Positions 19,430 to 28,765 of a stretch of DNA of 64,000 bases are shown here, in pieces. The stretch is from an uncultured Clostridia bacterium (lineage in GTDB: Bacteria > Bacillota_I > Bacilli_A > RF39 > UBA660): positions 33,441 to 97,440 of the forward strand of contig CAMOMI010000001.1 in NCBI GenBank assembly GCA_946619755.1, written 5' to 3'. The position numbers and the translations under genes are program-made. The notes beneath the pieces are model-generated. The model saw only the letters and a list, made by a program, of their open reading frames with translations. It was not told where the DNA came from and searched no databases. Each line of letters opens with the position of its first letter. The stretch's first letter is position 1.

Positions 19430-20380
19430 ATGAAAAAGATTAGTATTATCATTCCTTGTTACAATGAAGAACAAGCCATTCCTTATTTCTACAAAGAAAT
19501 AACTAAAATTGCCAAAAATATGAAAACTGATTTTGAGTATATTTTTGTTAATGATGGTTCTAAAGATAAAACCTTAGATGTTATCAAAAAAATAGCCAAA
19601 AAAGATAAAAAGGTTAAATATATCCATTTTTCAAGAAACTTTGGAAAAGAATCAGCAATGTATGCAGGTTTAGAATTATCAACAGGTGACTATGTTGCCA
19701 TTATGGATGCCGATCTTCAAGATCCTCCAGCATTAATTCCAGAAATGTTAAGCATTTTAGAAGATCCAAATGAAGATTATGACTGTGTTGGTTCAAGAAG
19801 AGTTACGCGTAAAGGAGAACCTAAAATTAGAAGTTTCTTTGCAAGACAATTCTATAAAATAATAAATAAATTATCTAAAATTGAAATGGTTGATGGTGCT
19901 CGAGATTTTCGATTAATGACGCGACAAATGGTCAATTCAATTTTAGAATTAAAAGAATATAATCGTTATTCCAAAGGATTATTTTCCTTTGTTGGCTATA
20001 ACACAAAATGGCTAGAATATGAAAACATTAAACGAGTTGCTGGTGAAACTAAATGGTCATTTTGGAAACTATTCACATATGCCATCGAAGGCATAATTGC
20101 TTTTTCGACAACCCCATTAGCTATTGCTGCTTTTATTGGTATCTTATTCTGTTTTATTGCCTTTATACTGATTATTATTATTGTTGTAAGAACGCTTATT
20201 TATGGCGATCCAACATCAGGCTGGCCAAGTTTAGTATGTATTATCTTCTTTGTTAGTGGTATTCAATTATTTTCTCTTGGTATTATCGGTGAATACTTAT
20301 CAAAAACATATCTTGAAACAAAAAAAAGACCAATCTATATTATTAAGGAGACTAATATTAATGATCATAAAACTATATAA
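19430..20380 (+). CDS. polyprenol-phosphate glycosyltransferase (CsbB/GtrB/ArnC-like GT2)
   Basis: IIIPCYNEE ... DADLQDPP signature of GtrB/CsbB family, two C-terminal TM helices. Confidence 0.8.
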   Translation: MKKISIIIPCYNEEQAIPYFYKEITKIAKNMKTDFEYIFVNDGSKDKTLDVIKKIAKKDKKVKYIHFSRNFGKESAMYAGLELSTGDYVAIMDADLQDPPALIPEMLSILEDPNEDYDCVGSRRVTRKGEPKIRSFFARQFYKIINKLSKIEMVDGARDFRLMTRQMVNSILELKEYNRYSKGLFSFVGYNTKWLEYENIKRVAGETKWSFWKLFTYAIEGIIAFSTTPLAIAAFIGILFCFIAFILIIIIVVRTLIYGDPTSGWPSLVCIIFFVSGIQLFSLGIIGEYLSKTYLETKKRPIYIIKETNINDHKTI

Positions 20381-20789
20381 TCAAAACAAAGAAATCATTA
20401 ATTACTTAATTTTTGGAATTCTTACTGCTATCGTTAGTTTAACTACTTATTATGCCCTTGTTCTAACTATTTTAAATCCTAATAATCCTATTGAACTACA
20501 AATAGCCAATATAATTTCATGGATTGTTTGTGTAACATTTGCCTATTTTACTAATCGCAAATACGTATTTATTAGTCAAGATAAACACATTTTAAAAGAA
20601 GCCTGCCGATTCTATTTATCCAGACTAGCTGTTCTATTACTTGATATGTTACTTATGTATATTCTTGTCTCAAGATTGCATTATAATGACAAAATAATGA
20701 AAATTGCTATTCAAATAATTATTACTGCGGCTAACTATATTTTAAGTAAACTACTAATATTTAAACAAACAAAGAAGTCTAACAACTAG
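20361..20789 (+). CDS. GtrA-family polysaccharide-flippase-like small membrane protein
   Basis: ~143 aa, 4 TM, NRKYVF motif region; ATG 20361 preceded by GGAG and overlapping the csbB-like stop. Confidence 0.7.
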   Translation: MIIKLYNQNKEIINYLIFGILTAIVSLTTYYALVLTILNPNNPIELQIANIISWIVCVTFAYFTNRKYVFISQDKHILKEACRFYLSRLAVLLLDMLLMYILVSRLHYNDKIMKIAIQIIITAANYILSKLLIFKQTKKSNN

Positions 20790-20800
20790 ACTTCTTTTTA
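20772..20800. terminator. bidirectional terminator between gtrA-like (+) and amidase (-) genes
   Basis: agaagtcta / tagacttct 9-bp stem, loop acaac, followed by TTTT; A-run upstream. Confidence 0.5.
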
Positions 20801-22453
20801 TAAACAATTACTATTATCACTTTTATATGTTCCACCAATATAAGTAACATATTCCTTAATTTTAAGTTCTGATATTTTAATCCAATTATTACTTGAATAA
20901 TACCAATTAAAATCATTAGCATTTGTTAAATATATTGGTTCATATATAACATTTTTAACGTTAAATAGCTCATATGGTATTCTAAGTACTGAATAAAAAT
21001 TCTTATTACTATATACTTCTCCATTAGACTTATTAAATATCTGATCATTATAATAATCTTTTGAATACATTCTAATTTTATCATCATTAATATTATAGAA
21101 TTTTCTAAACTTACTATACAAGGCTAATTCTGGAGTTAATTCTTCTTTTGTAATAGTATTCTGAACCAATATTTCAAACCCATGTTCTCCCGTATTAAGT
21201 GAGCCATTATGATGATTACTATATGTTATTCTACTTACAGATCCATAATAACCGGTAGTAAGGCCTCTTCTATCCAACGGATCAAGACTACTACTACCTA
21301 ACATTTCTCCATATGTATCATCATATCTAACCATATATACTTTATATCCCATCGATTCATAACGACATTTTTCATACTTAGATACTTTTAAATTAAGATC
21401 TTTTTCCAAAACAATACCATTAGATGCCCCAATATCTGATCCCCCATGTCCTGGATCAATTACAAAATCATATTTATACTCAAATTCTTCAATCGTAATT
21501 GTTACAATATCATCATTGTAATTAAATGTTACTAATTTATTTCCAACCTTAGCTCTTACTATTCTTGAAAAAATATCTAACTTATTAATTAATTTTTCTT
21601 CCTTACTACCAACCACATATACATCATATTCTCCATCTTTAACTTTTGTTAAATCAAGATTACCTTTATAATAATTTATTCTATCACTACTCATATTATA
21701 TGTATACTCTAATCTGCTTTTTTTACTTTTAAGTTTTATCTTATAATTATTGGAATTATTATTAAAATATCCTTCAATATAAACTCCATCTTTGTTAAAA
21801 TTATTTTTAATAATTGTATTTGAATATAATGTTACGTTATAAGAATTATAGCTTACTCTTCCACCATATTCGTTATGAACATTAATAACTGGTTTTTTAA
21901 CTACTACTTTTCGCGTAGTTTCACTTTTATTTCCACTATTATCACTAACTTTATAAGTAAGTATATATTCTCCTTCTTTATTCGTATCAACATTTCCCGA
22001 TACTTTTACTTCTTTTTCTAAATTGGTATCATAATTATCTGTTACTACATAGCCTGACTCATTATATTTTCCACCAAGTAAAATAAATACTTCTTCTCCA
22101 CCATTTAACTTAATAACCGGTGCTACTTTATCAATAACAATAACATTACGATATACATATTCATCAGCAATTTGATATTTAACTTTATATTCTCCTAGTT
22201 TTGAAGTATCTACTTGACTAGTATCAATATTAACTCTATTACTAACATCAGTACCATTATATAAAACTTTTATACCATATTCTTGATAATCATTATCAAC
22301 ATCAATATATAAATTTTCAGGTCCAATAAGTTCAAAACTATAATTCCCATCATTATCATACTCAAAAGAGTAAGTTATTCCAAGAAAACTAACTATTAAA
22401 ATAACAATTAAAATTGATACATAATAAACCTTTCTCATAAATACCACTCTCAT
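20798..22453 (-). CDS. N-acetylmuramoyl-L-alanine amidase (Amidase_3) with N-terminal membrane anchor and Ig-like (DUF5011-type) domain
   Basis: C-terminal FVIDPGHGGSDIGA ... NHHNGSLNTGEHGFE (Amidase_3 zinc-site boxes); Ig-like repeat VIDKVAPVI...GNVDTNKEGEYILTYKVSDNSGN. Confidence 0.75.
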   Translation of the reverse strand: MRVVFMRKVYYVSILIVILIVSFLGITYSFEYDNDGNYSFELIGPENLYIDVDNDYQEYGIKVLYNGTDVSNRVNIDTSQVDTSKLGEYKVKYQIADEYVYRNVIVIDKVAPVIKLNGGEEVFILLGGKYNESGYVVTDNYDTNLEKEVKVSGNVDTNKEGEYILTYKVSDNSGNKSETTRKVVVKKPVINVHNEYGGRVSYNSYNVTLYSNTIIKNNFNKDGVYIEGYFNNNSNNYKIKLKSKKSRLEYTYNMSSDRINYYKGNLDLTKVKDGEYDVYVVGSKEEKLINKLDIFSRIVRAKVGNKLVTFNYNDDIVTITIEEFEYKYDFVIDPGHGGSDIGASNGIVLEKDLNLKVSKYEKCRYESMGYKVYMVRYDDTYGEMLGSSSLDPLDRRGLTTGYYGSVSRITYSNHHNGSLNTGEHGFEILVQNTITKEELTPELALYSKFRKFYNINDDKIRMYSKDYYNDQIFNKSNGEVYSNKNFYSVLRIPYELFNVKNVIYEPIYLTNANDFNWYYSSNNWIKISELKIKEYVTYIGGTYKSDNSNCL

Positions 22454-22562
22454 CCTATTATAAACTAATATAATTTTATCATATCAACTTGTTTATAGTA
22501 AATAAAAATAGTAGAAAAATTGCTAATTTGACAGATTTTTTCTTTTATTTACTATATAGTAA

Positions 22563-22592
22563 TAAAAAAAGAGTACTATTATAATACTCTAT
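22563..22592 (-). terminator. rho-independent terminator after pgsA
   Basis: On the minus strand: gagta-N-tactc hairpin followed by TTTTTTT just beyond the pgsA stop. Confidence 0.4.
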
Positions 22593-23182
22593 TTGTCAAT
22601 TATGTATTCTCTTGCCATCATATAATATTTCGCTCCAGATAATATTGCTAACACGCTTGCTAATATTAATAGATAATCTGATATTCTAATTGATATTAAT
22701 GAAAATGGTAAATCATAAAATAGTTTTAATGTTAAACCAACCATAAGTGAAGCAGTCTTATATTTAGCTACTGAAATAGCAGCTACTGCCTTTCCCTTAT
22801 TACCAATTAACATCTTGATTGAATCAACAATAATATCTCTTCCTATAATAATTACGGCAATAACTGGATGTACCATATTCTCAGCTGCTAATACAACAAT
22901 AAGTGTATTAGTTAATAGTTTATCACTAATAGCATCAATCATTTTGCCAAAATCAGTTACCATATTATATTTTCTAGCTACCTTACCATCAATAAAATCA
23001 GTAATTGATGCAATAATAAACAAAACACCAGCAATTACATATCTTAAATCAATTGTCATACTTCCATTAACAATATATGTTGGTATCTCGACACCGATTT
23101 GATGCCATGGAAATAACAATATAAACAATATAACAATTGATAAAAAAATTCTTGACATTGTTATTTTATTAGCTGCATTCAT
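22589..23182 (-). CDS. pgsA: CDP-diacylglycerol--glycerol-3-phosphate 3-phosphatidyltransferase
   Basis: CDP-alcohol phosphatidyltransferase motif DFIDGKVARKYNMVTDFGKMIDAISDK; ~197 aa polytopic; rodZ-pgsA synteny. Confidence 0.9.
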   Translation of the reverse strand: MNAANKITMSRIFLSIVILFILLFPWHQIGVEIPTYIVNGSMTIDLRYVIAGVLFIIASITDFIDGKVARKYNMVTDFGKMIDAISDKLLTNTLIVVLAAENMVHPVIAVIIIGRDIIVDSIKMLIGNKGKAVAAISVAKYKTASLMVGLTLKLFYDLPFSLISIRISDYLLILASVLAILSGAKYYMMAREYIIDK

Positions 23183-23184
23183 TT

Positions 23185-23652
23185 CTACCTCCTAATAATA
23201 TAAGTTGTATTATTATCTTGAAAATCATTTCCTTTAATCTCACTTACTATTAAATACCCAACTACTATAAGCACTGCAACAATTATCAATGAAATAATAA
23301 ACATTTTTATATTGTTACCATTATTACTAACTTTCGTATAAGGAGATACTACCTCTTTTTTACTTTTATTAGTTTCCTTAGCCTTTTCAATATCATTAAC
23401 AGGTATCTTAGACGTAAAATCAAATAAATATTCATTAAACTCATCAATTATTTTCTCACCATCAAGTCCCAAATATTTCGCATAATCTCGAATAAAATAT
23501 TTTAAAGTCATTACATCTTTAAAATTTTCACGCTTACCACTTTCTAAACTTTCAATTTGACTAGGTCTCATCTTTAAGTCTTCAGCCGCTTCTTCGATCG
23601 AGACACCATTCTCTTCCCTTTTTTCTTTTAATTTCAATCCTATATCTTTCAT
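23185..23652 (-). CDS. rodZ: RodZ-like cytoskeleton protein (XRE-type HTH + TM)
   Basis: N-terminal HTH (LKEKREENGVSIEEAAEDLKMRPSQIESLESG), central TM, located directly upstream of pgsA as in B. subtilis ymfM(rodZ)-pgsA. Confidence 0.65.
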   Translation of the reverse strand: MKDIGLKLKEKREENGVSIEEAAEDLKMRPSQIESLESGKRENFKDVMTLKYFIRDYAKYLGLDGEKIIDEFNEYLFDFTSKIPVNDIEKAKETNKSKKEVVSPYTKVSNNGNNIKMFIISLIIVAVLIVVGYLIVSEIKGNDFQDNNTTYIIRR

Positions 23653-23680
23653 ATTCCTCTTCCTTAAAAAAATAAAATAA

Positions 23681-24031
23681 AATTATCTTATAAGCCACAT
23701 TCTGTACCTAAAAAAGGCGACAAACATTTATCTATAGCATAGCTATCCATCTCACAGATTCTTATTCTCCTAAGATAGTTCCCCTACCAAAATTTGGGTT
23801 TCTCACTTGTGGGGTTTACCGCGTTTCACTCTATTCATTTCTAAATAGCATCGTCACTGTGGCACTTTATACCCATCTATCCATAGCATAGCCTTAGAAT
23901 AGACAGATGCCGTAAGGCCGAAGCCTCCCATAGGTTATTTTTTCCCTAAGCGCAAACACTACTATCATCACAGATAGTGTGAGTGTGGACTTTCCTCTAA
24001 GTATTACTACTCAGCGTTTGTCTAGATAATT
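23681..24031 (-). ncRNA. rnpB: RNase P RNA, bacterial type B (Bacillus-type)
   Basis: The minus strand carries the conserved type-B boxes in order: AGAGGAAAGUCCAC (P4 5' strand), AAAGUGCCACAGUGACGA (P10.1/P11 region), GUGAAACGCGGUAAACCCCAC and GAGAAACCCAAAUUUUGGUAGG (P15 region), matching B. subtilis rnpB. Ends chosen from P1 pairing AAAUUAUCU / AGAUAAUUU. GC-rich island with no ORF. Confidence 0.85.
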
Positions 24032-24355
24032 TTATTGTTCATGTCCAAGTATTACTTTTTCTAGTTGACTTATTCTTCTAAGTAAATCAACATTAGTAAT
24101 TTCTTTCTCTCCACCTTTAACTGTTTCAATACTTGATTTTAAACTACGTACTTCTTGTTTTAATGAATCATTTTCATCATTTAACGTTTTATTCTCTTGA
24201 CTAAGTCTTTTTATAATATTATTGTATTCATTATAATCACGAATAATAATATCTAAGAATTGATCAACTTCTTGCATCCTATAACCTCTAGCATCAATCT
24301 TAAAATCTTTATCAAGAATATCCTGCATGGTAAGTGCAATCTTATCATTATACAT
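24032..24355 (-). CDS. gpsB: cell-cycle protein GpsB (DivIVA-domain)
   Basis: MYNDKIALTMQDILDKDFKIDARGYRMQEVDQFLDIIIRDYNEY matches the GpsB/DivIVA N-terminal lipid-binding domain; C-terminal coiled coil; start ATG 24355 with GAGGTG RBS; conserved gpsB-rnpB neighbourhood. Confidence 0.8.
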   Translation of the reverse strand: MYNDKIALTMQDILDKDFKIDARGYRMQEVDQFLDIIIRDYNEYNNIIKRLSQENKTLNDENDSLKQEVRSLKSSIETVKGGEKEITNVDLLRRISQLEKVILGHEQ

Positions 24356-24477
24356 ACACATCACCTCTAGTTTAATTATAAAATATATGTCTAATTTTGT
24401 CAAATTAAATATAACCCAATTAGAAAAGGCAGATAATATTTTAACACATTACCTACCTTTAGTCAAATCTACAAATA

Positions 24478-25539
24478 TTATTTACTATTAGAATGATTCT
24501 CAATATATCCAGGAGCATTTATATCCTTTAAAATAATCTCATACATTTCTTTAATATTTTTTAACTCATATTCATTTAATGAGACATATACCCTATCTTC
24601 AAATGTCTTTAGATAATCATTAGATAAATTCTTAAATGTACTTATATCAATTAATCCTTCATCATATTGTTTCTTCAATTTTAGAGCATTTACTTTTAGC
24701 AAGAATTCATATATATCAAAAATACTTTCTCTTACAATTATACTTTTATGTTTAATTTCATATGCATTAATTAAATCTATTCTTGTAATAAATTTTATAA
24801 TTTCATCTTCTGGCATATATTTTTTTAATTCATTAATAAGACCTGACAAATCACCTTTCAAATATAACTCGGTCATTTTATCAGTTCCTATAATCGTTTC
24901 TAGTTTTCTTGCAATATCGGTTTCAAATTCATATGAACTGTATGTTTTGCTTTTAAAATATCTATACGTCAATACCTCTGTATATCCTTCATTAAGCCCA
25001 GTTCCAATCCCATTATAGGTTATCTTGGATAGTTTTGTACTTCTTTGCTTAAAACCGACATATGAAACCCCATCCACTTTACTATATAATCTACTAGCCA
25101 TATGGAATAATTCGTGATAAATTGCATCAAAATCAGATATAGTTATTGAATTATTTAATGGTGCATAACAACCACCTGCGCCAATTAACACAATTAATTT
25201 ATTATTTTTAATCGTTAATTCATTAAGATTATTATAAAAATTAGTTAAAGCTTCCTCAGGAAAATGTTCTATCAACACTTTAGAAAATTCAAGTGCTACT
25301 TCTTTAAACGTCTTATTATTTATTTTATTTAATTCAATATTATCATACTTTTTTTTATATTTAGGTGGAACACTTACTTTAATAATCTTTTTATGATTAT
25401 ATATCTTTTTTATTCTAAAATAGTGACCAAATCGATTCGCCAAATATGGTACTACAACAAAATAAATACCAAATAAATCAATTAATTTAATTATTTCATG
25501 TAATTCACTGCCCATATCACTTGTCCTCCAATTCAACAA
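24478..25539 (-). CDS. hypothetical zincin-like protein (HExxH ... NEG motif) with N-terminal hydrophobic segment
   Basis: YHELFHMASRL then 37 residues later GLNEGYTE, resembling gluzincin zinc ligation (HExxH + NEG-Glu); no closer family assignable. Confidence 0.45.
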   Translation of the reverse strand: MLNWRTSDMGSELHEIIKLIDLFGIYFVVVPYLANRFGHYFRIKKIYNHKKIIKVSVPPKYKKKYDNIELNKINNKTFKEVALEFSKVLIEHFPEEALTNFYNNLNELTIKNNKLIVLIGAGGCYAPLNNSITISDFDAIYHELFHMASRLYSKVDGVSYVGFKQRSTKLSKITYNGIGTGLNEGYTEVLTYRYFKSKTYSSYEFETDIARKLETIIGTDKMTELYLKGDLSGLINELKKYMPEDEIIKFITRIDLINAYEIKHKSIIVRESIFDIYEFLLKVNALKLKKQYDEGLIDISTFKNLSNDYLKTFEDRVYVSLNEYELKNIKEMYEIILKDINAPGYIENHSNSK

Positions 25540-25762
25540 GTATTTTTTTTACAATATCCCACTCTTCATCTGTAGTTAATTCTTCCCAGACTGTATCATC
25601 ATCTGGATCAAATATTGACGCATAAGTATTTAAATTATCAGCTTCATAAGTATCATCCGTATATACAATATAATTTTTATTATTATAAATAAACATACTA
25701 AGTATTCTATATTCTAACTCATTACCATCTTCATCAATTAATTTTAATTTTTCTTCTTCCAT
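25517..25762 (-). CDS. DUF1292 (YrzB/UPF0473) family small acidic protein
   Basis: MEEEKLKLIDEDGNELEYRIL...YIVYTDD...DEEWDIVKKILVELED pattern typical of YrzB family. Confidence 0.6.
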   Translation of the reverse strand: MEEEKLKLIDEDGNELEYRILSMFIYNNKNYIVYTDDTYEADNLNTYASIFDPDDDTVWEELTTDEEWDIVKKILVELEDK

Positions 25763-25811
25763 ATATTATAATATCTCCTAAAAATATTATAACAAAAAAA
25801 ACTGATAACAA

Positions 25812-26648
25812 TCAATTTTTTTTACTTTTATATCTAAACATATAAGATGGTCTATGTCCTCCACCAGTTTTCATTTTATCAGTTTTTTCTACCTTATCTG
25901 CAATTATTCTTCTAAATGCAGGATCTAATAATTTTTTACCTAAAATTACTTCATATACTTGTTGAAGTTCTCCTAAAGTAAAATATTCTGGCATCATATT
26001 AAATACTATATCTGTATAATTCAACTTATTTCTAAGACGTTCAATTCCAGCCACGATTGCTAATGGATGATCAAATGCCAAATCTTTATTTTCCTTAATC
26101 TTAAATGTATATCTATCTGTAGTTAATTCTCTAAGTACTTTTGTTATACTAAATTTTATTGTATTCTTTCCATTATCCAAAACAACCACAATTTCTTTGC
26201 CATCATCCTTATACAAAGTAATATCAAACCAACAAGCATTTTCATTTACCTTATCATCCAATCTGTTTTTATCAACTAATGCCATATAAGTAGTAGATAA
26301 AACTCTACATCTAGGATCTCTATCTATTGCATCATACGTATATAATTGTTCCAAATAAATATTAGATAAATTAGTTTCATTTTTTAAAATTCTTTTCGTA
26401 CAATCATCCAAAGTTTCTGTCTCAGGATTTATAAATCCTCCAGGCAAACACCACATATCCTTATATGGATAATTATGTCTTTTAATAAGTAAAACAGACA
26501 TTTTTTTCTCACTATTTTTTCGATAATTACCTGTACTTTCTTCTGAAACACTAAAAAGTAATATATCTGTACTAAGTGATAATTGCTTATATTTATTAAC
26601 ATTATAATTAGCTAAAAAATCAGCTTCACTAAGATACTCTTTTTTCAT
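25812..26648 (-). CDS. nrtR: NrtR-like Nudix-related transcriptional regulator (Nudix domain + C-terminal winged helix)
   Basis: N-terminal Nudix fold (LLIKRHNYPYKDMWCLPGGFINPETETLDDCTKRILKNETNL), C-terminal ~90 aa wHTH-like (TLGELQQVYEVILGKKLLDPAFRRII) and direct linkage to nadK-nadD-nadE-pncAB. Confidence 0.65.
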   Translation of the reverse strand: MKKEYLSEADFLANYNVNKYKQLSLSTDILLFSVSEESTGNYRKNSEKKMSVLLIKRHNYPYKDMWCLPGGFINPETETLDDCTKRILKNETNLSNIYLEQLYTYDAIDRDPRCRVLSTTYMALVDKNRLDDKVNENACWFDITLYKDDGKEIVVVLDNGKNTIKFSITKVLRELTTDRYTFKIKENKDLAFDHPLAIVAGIERLRNKLNYTDIVFNMMPEYFTLGELQQVYEVILGKKLLDPAFRRIIADKVEKTDKMKTGGGHRPSYMFRYKSKKN

Positions 26649-26677
26649 ACTACCACCAAGTAAATTATATCAAAAAA

Positions 26678-27475
26678 TTACTTTGAAAGCAATTTTTCGT
26701 TCACTTTCCTACTAAAGTTAGAATCTCTAAATCTTAAACATTTAATCTTTTTATCTCTTATATAAGTATCAATACTACCTACATTATTAAAAGTACTATG
26801 TTCACCATCAATTGTTAACATCATATCACTTGTATATCCAGAAGGTATTATCATAATATCTTTATTTCTAGGAATAATTATTGAAGTAACTAAATTAGTA
26901 TATGCTTTTGAATTAATTGGTGCAAGTGGTGTAATTTGAAGTGTTGGTAAATCACTATAAACAATACTTCCACCATAACTTAAATTATGTCCAGTTGATC
27001 CAATCGTTGATGATATTAATAATCCATCCCCTGTAAATACTTCTAATAAGTCATTATCAACAAATACATCTAATTTAGCTGTTTTCAAATTAGCATCCCT
27101 AATTATTATTTCATTCAAAGAATATATTCTATCTTCTTTATCATTATGATTTATCACTGTTTCTTGAATATATATCTCATCCAATTTATATTCACCATTC
27201 TGAATAGCTCTAATTAATCTATTAATTTCATGCTCATTTGCTTCTTGTAGAAAGCCTAAAGTCCCAGCATTAATGCCAACATAATAAGGACATTCATCAA
27301 AATTACTATTTCTAACCATTCTAATAAATGAACCATCACCACCAATAGCAATTCCCAAATCAAATGAATTATCTGATATTATAAAACCATTTCCAATAAA
27401 ACTATCTCTAACTAATTTAGCTAATCTAATTGATTGATCATTATTATTGATAAATAATTTAATATTTTTTATCAC
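26678..27475 (-). CDS. nadK: NAD kinase
   Basis: GGDGSFIR (GGDG motif), NAGTLGFL, DGLLISSTIGSTGH. Confidence 0.85.
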   Translation of the reverse strand: MIKNIKLFINNNDQSIRLAKLVRDSFIGNGFIISDNSFDLGIAIGGDGSFIRMVRNSNFDECPYYVGINAGTLGFLQEANEHEINRLIRAIQNGEYKLDEIYIQETVINHNDKEDRIYSLNEIIIRDANLKTAKLDVFVDNDLLEVFTGDGLLISSTIGSTGHNLSYGGSIVYSDLPTLQITPLAPINSKAYTNLVTSIIIPRNKDIMIIPSGYTSDMMLTIDGEHSTFNNVGSIDTYIRDKKIKCLRFRDSNFSRKVNEKLLSK

Positions 27476-27505
27476 AATATCACTCCTTAAATATATGTAT
27501 TAGTA

Positions 27506-28201
27506 TTAATCTTCCCAATTATCATATACCATTCCATCTTCTCTAAATATTTTATATCTGCCTTCACATTTCATACATTCTAAATCCAGCCTAATTGATA
27601 TATTACCATGATATTCATCTATATCTTTTTTTAATTTATTTAAAGTTTCAGTATTTATACTATGCTTCTGTATATAATCATCTATTTCTTTATTTACACC
27701 ATTACTATCTATTAATTTCTTAAATGTAACTTGTTTAACAGTCTTAGGAATAAGTTCTAGTATCTTAGTTAAACTATAATTATTATAACTATCAGTCATA
27801 ATCAAAACATATCTTTGAATCTTACCCATTGGTTTTATTTTATCCAATAACCTAATATCAGATATTGAATAAGCTACTACATCTATTCTATCATATATTT
27901 CATCAGTTTTATAATAATGAGTCTGCAATTCTATTTGAATATCTTTATCAGTTTTTCTAACTATATCAATAATATTACTAACACAATCTTTGGATTGCAT
28001 TGGCTCATTAGTCCCAGTAATTACTATATATTTTAAATCATCATTAGATTTAATTACCTTAATCAAATTGCTTTTCCACAAATCAAAATTAAGATTATAG
28101 TTATTAATAAAAATATTATTATGCCTATGTCCTTTTGCTATGCAAAATGGACAATTAAATATACATTCCATATGTGGTGTAACAACTTGCAAACTCTTCA
28201 T
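27506..28201 (-). CDS. small radical SAM protein (QueE/NrdG-like minimal fold), function unknown, embedded in NAD operon
   Basis: CIFNCPFC (CX3CX2C) 13 aa from N-terminus; glycine-rich SAM box IVITGTNEP (cf. TGGEP); 231 aa; extra C-terminal CMKCEGRY. Confidence 0.6.
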   Translation of the reverse strand: MKSLQVVTPHMECIFNCPFCIAKGHRHNNIFINNYNLNFDLWKSNLIKVIKSNDDLKYIVITGTNEPMQSKDCVSNIIDIVRKTDKDIQIELQTHYYKTDEIYDRIDVVAYSISDIRLLDKIKPMGKIQRYVLIMTDSYNNYSLTKILELIPKTVKQVTFKKLIDSNGVNKEIDDYIQKHSINTETLNKLKKDIDEYHGNISIRLDLECMKCEGRYKIFREDGMVYDNWED

Positions 28202-28212
28202 ATAATCACTTC

Positions 28213-28764
28213 CTACCTATATAAATTATTATCTTTAATATACTTTAATACTTTCCTATCCAAATACCTACTATCTAAATTATCTCTAATTTCACTAGAT
28301 GATATATCTATATATTTATAGCCATCTATAACAATAAAATTATTGCTATGATATTTTTGTATATATTTATTAATATCAATATCATCTCTATTCATAACAA
28401 TTATTTTATATCCAAGTAATTCTTGATATTCTTTCCACTTATCAAAATCAATAACATTATCAGCCCCAATTATTAAATATAATTCATCACTATAATCTTT
28501 CCTTAATGCTCTCATTAACTGATAAGTATATGCATATCCATTGTGTTCTTCATCCACTTTAATTTTATCGTTTTCAAAGAATTTTAACATATTAATGCGA
28601 TGTTTAATATCAATTAAATTATCTTTATTCCAATAAGCTAATGTTGGTACAATTAATACTCTGTCAACATAGTTGTTGATAAGTAAATAATTAACCACAT
28701 CCAAATGCCCAATATGCACTGGATTAAAGCTACCAATATATATTCCTAATCTCATCGTTATCAC
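28213..28764 (-). CDS. nadD: nicotinate-nucleotide adenylyltransferase
   Basis: GIYIGSFNPVHIGHLDV ((H/T)xGH nucleotidyltransferase motif), ~183 aa. Confidence 0.85.
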   Translation of the reverse strand: MITMRLGIYIGSFNPVHIGHLDVVNYLLINNYVDRVLIVPTLAYWNKDNLIDIKHRINMLKFFENDKIKVDEEHNGYAYTYQLMRALRKDYSDELYLIIGADNVIDFDKWKEYQELLGYKIIVMNRDDIDINKYIQKYHSNNFIVIDGYKYIDISSSEIRDNLDSRYLDRKVLKYIKDNNLYR

Positions 28765-28765
28765 C

